A DNA stretch of 64,000 nt from Bacteroidota bacterium (GTDB lineage: Bacteria > Bacteroidota > Bacteroidia > Chitinophagales > Chitinophagaceae): positions 1,119-65,118 of the forward strand of contig JAPLEP010000007.1 of the NCBI GenBank assembly GCA_026391155.1, given 5' to 3'. A program made the position numbers and the translations under genes. Shown one piece after another: positions 63,272 through 64,000 of this stretch. Position 1 is the stretch's first letter, and every line of letters begins with the position of its first letter. A model generated the notes under the pieces. That model made no database searches and was not told the origin of the DNA. It saw nothing but the letters and a program-made list of their open reading frames with translations.

Positions 63272-63625
63272 TTAGGCTTTACTTGTGCGAAGAAAAGAAC
63301 CAGTTAAAGAAGCAAGTCCTCCTAATAAAGCACCTATTGCAAAAGTTATAAAAATTAATAATAAATAGGAACCTCCCATAGGTAGAATTTTTGCCACTTT
63401 AGTGGACAATATGTGATTATTGGACACATCAATTCCGAACGCTAATCCAGCCCATAAAGATCCTACGCCCAAGGCACCCGCTGTAAAAGATTGAGCAGGT
63501 TTAAGAGGTATCGCAAAGGCGATTATAAAATTAGTGACTACAAAACTCCACCAAGGTAAATTACCATAAATTCCAACAGCATAAGCGAGTAATGCAGACA
63601 ATAAAATAGATACTATATATTTCAT
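63272..63625 (-). CDS. Hypothetical membrane protein
   Basis: 117 aa, about 4 hydrophobic segments, LPWWS motif. Confidence 0.75.
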   Translation of the reverse strand: MKYIVSILLSALLAYAVGIYGNLPWWSFVVTNFIIAFAIPLKPAQSFTAGALGVGSLWAGLAFGIDVSNNHILSTKVAKILPMGGSYLLLIFITFAIGALLGGLASLTGSFLRTSKA

Positions 63626-63659
63626 AACTAATATTTAAAATAAATTTGTAATTGTTTAA

Positions 63660-64000
63660 TTAAGCAGTTGCTTTTTTAAATTGAATATGCCATTTTGTTC
63701 TTTCATTCTGTATTAACTTTTCTTTAGCTAAAAATAATAATCGATAATATTTTCCTGCTGCCCAATAATCGACAAAGCTATCATAGTATTTACTACCCGG
63801 GTTACCACTCTGCCCTCCTGGATATAAACCATAGGCCTCTATTTCATCTGTTAAGTGTACCACCATTCTCCAACTTGGTCCATGATCTTCCGTGGTGGCA
63901 TTAATAATATTTACACCTCCCCCAATGGGCAAATCCAGTCTACTCAAAGCAGGAATTTTAGTTAGGTGTGAAATCTTTGTGGCTTTAAATAAAGCCCATT
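63660..64000 (-). CDS. Penicillin acylase family (Ntn hydrolase), C-terminal fragment
   Basis: HGPSWRMVV and YPGGQSGNPGSKYYD...W motifs; the frame continues past the window end. Confidence 0.88.
   Translation of the reverse strand, partial: WALFKATKISHLTKIPALSRLDLPIGGGVNIINATTEDHGPSWRMVVHLTDEIEAYGLYPGGQSGNPGSKYYDSFVDYWAAGKYYRLLFLAKEKLIQNERTKWHIQFKKATA

Overview
AT-rich, densely coding core-chromosome segment of a Bacteroidota bacterium, most consistent with Chitinophagaceae. This is inferred from the protein families, frequent TAnnTTTG -7 promoter motifs and absence of obvious Shine-Dalgarno sites. It holds about 60 housekeeping CDSs (dnaK partial, argS, rnhA, manA, xerD, dcd, rpmF-plsX, fbaA, accD, smpB, smc, ribF, holA, lipA, topA, lepB, pdhB, purC and others), an alpha-glucan/glycogen locus (glgA-glgC-MFS-GH13-glgB divergent from a sugar MFS transporter and ROK kinase), one tRNA-Leu(GAG) and a lone TonB-dependent receptor. 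I saw no prophage, IS, CRISPR or defence genes. The unexplained signals are mostly non-coding. (1) Two ~100-nt hairpin elements downstream of smpB share a 60-nt core with a tandem-GA multi-hairpin head, while their outer stems differ in sequence but both stay self-complementary. (2) A multi-hairpin element right after tRNA-Leu carries the same CGAAC..GTGAG neck. (3) malQ is interrupted by a single in-frame TAA. (4) Sigma54-like boxes lie upstream of dnaK and glgA. All product calls are from recognition of motifs, not database searches.
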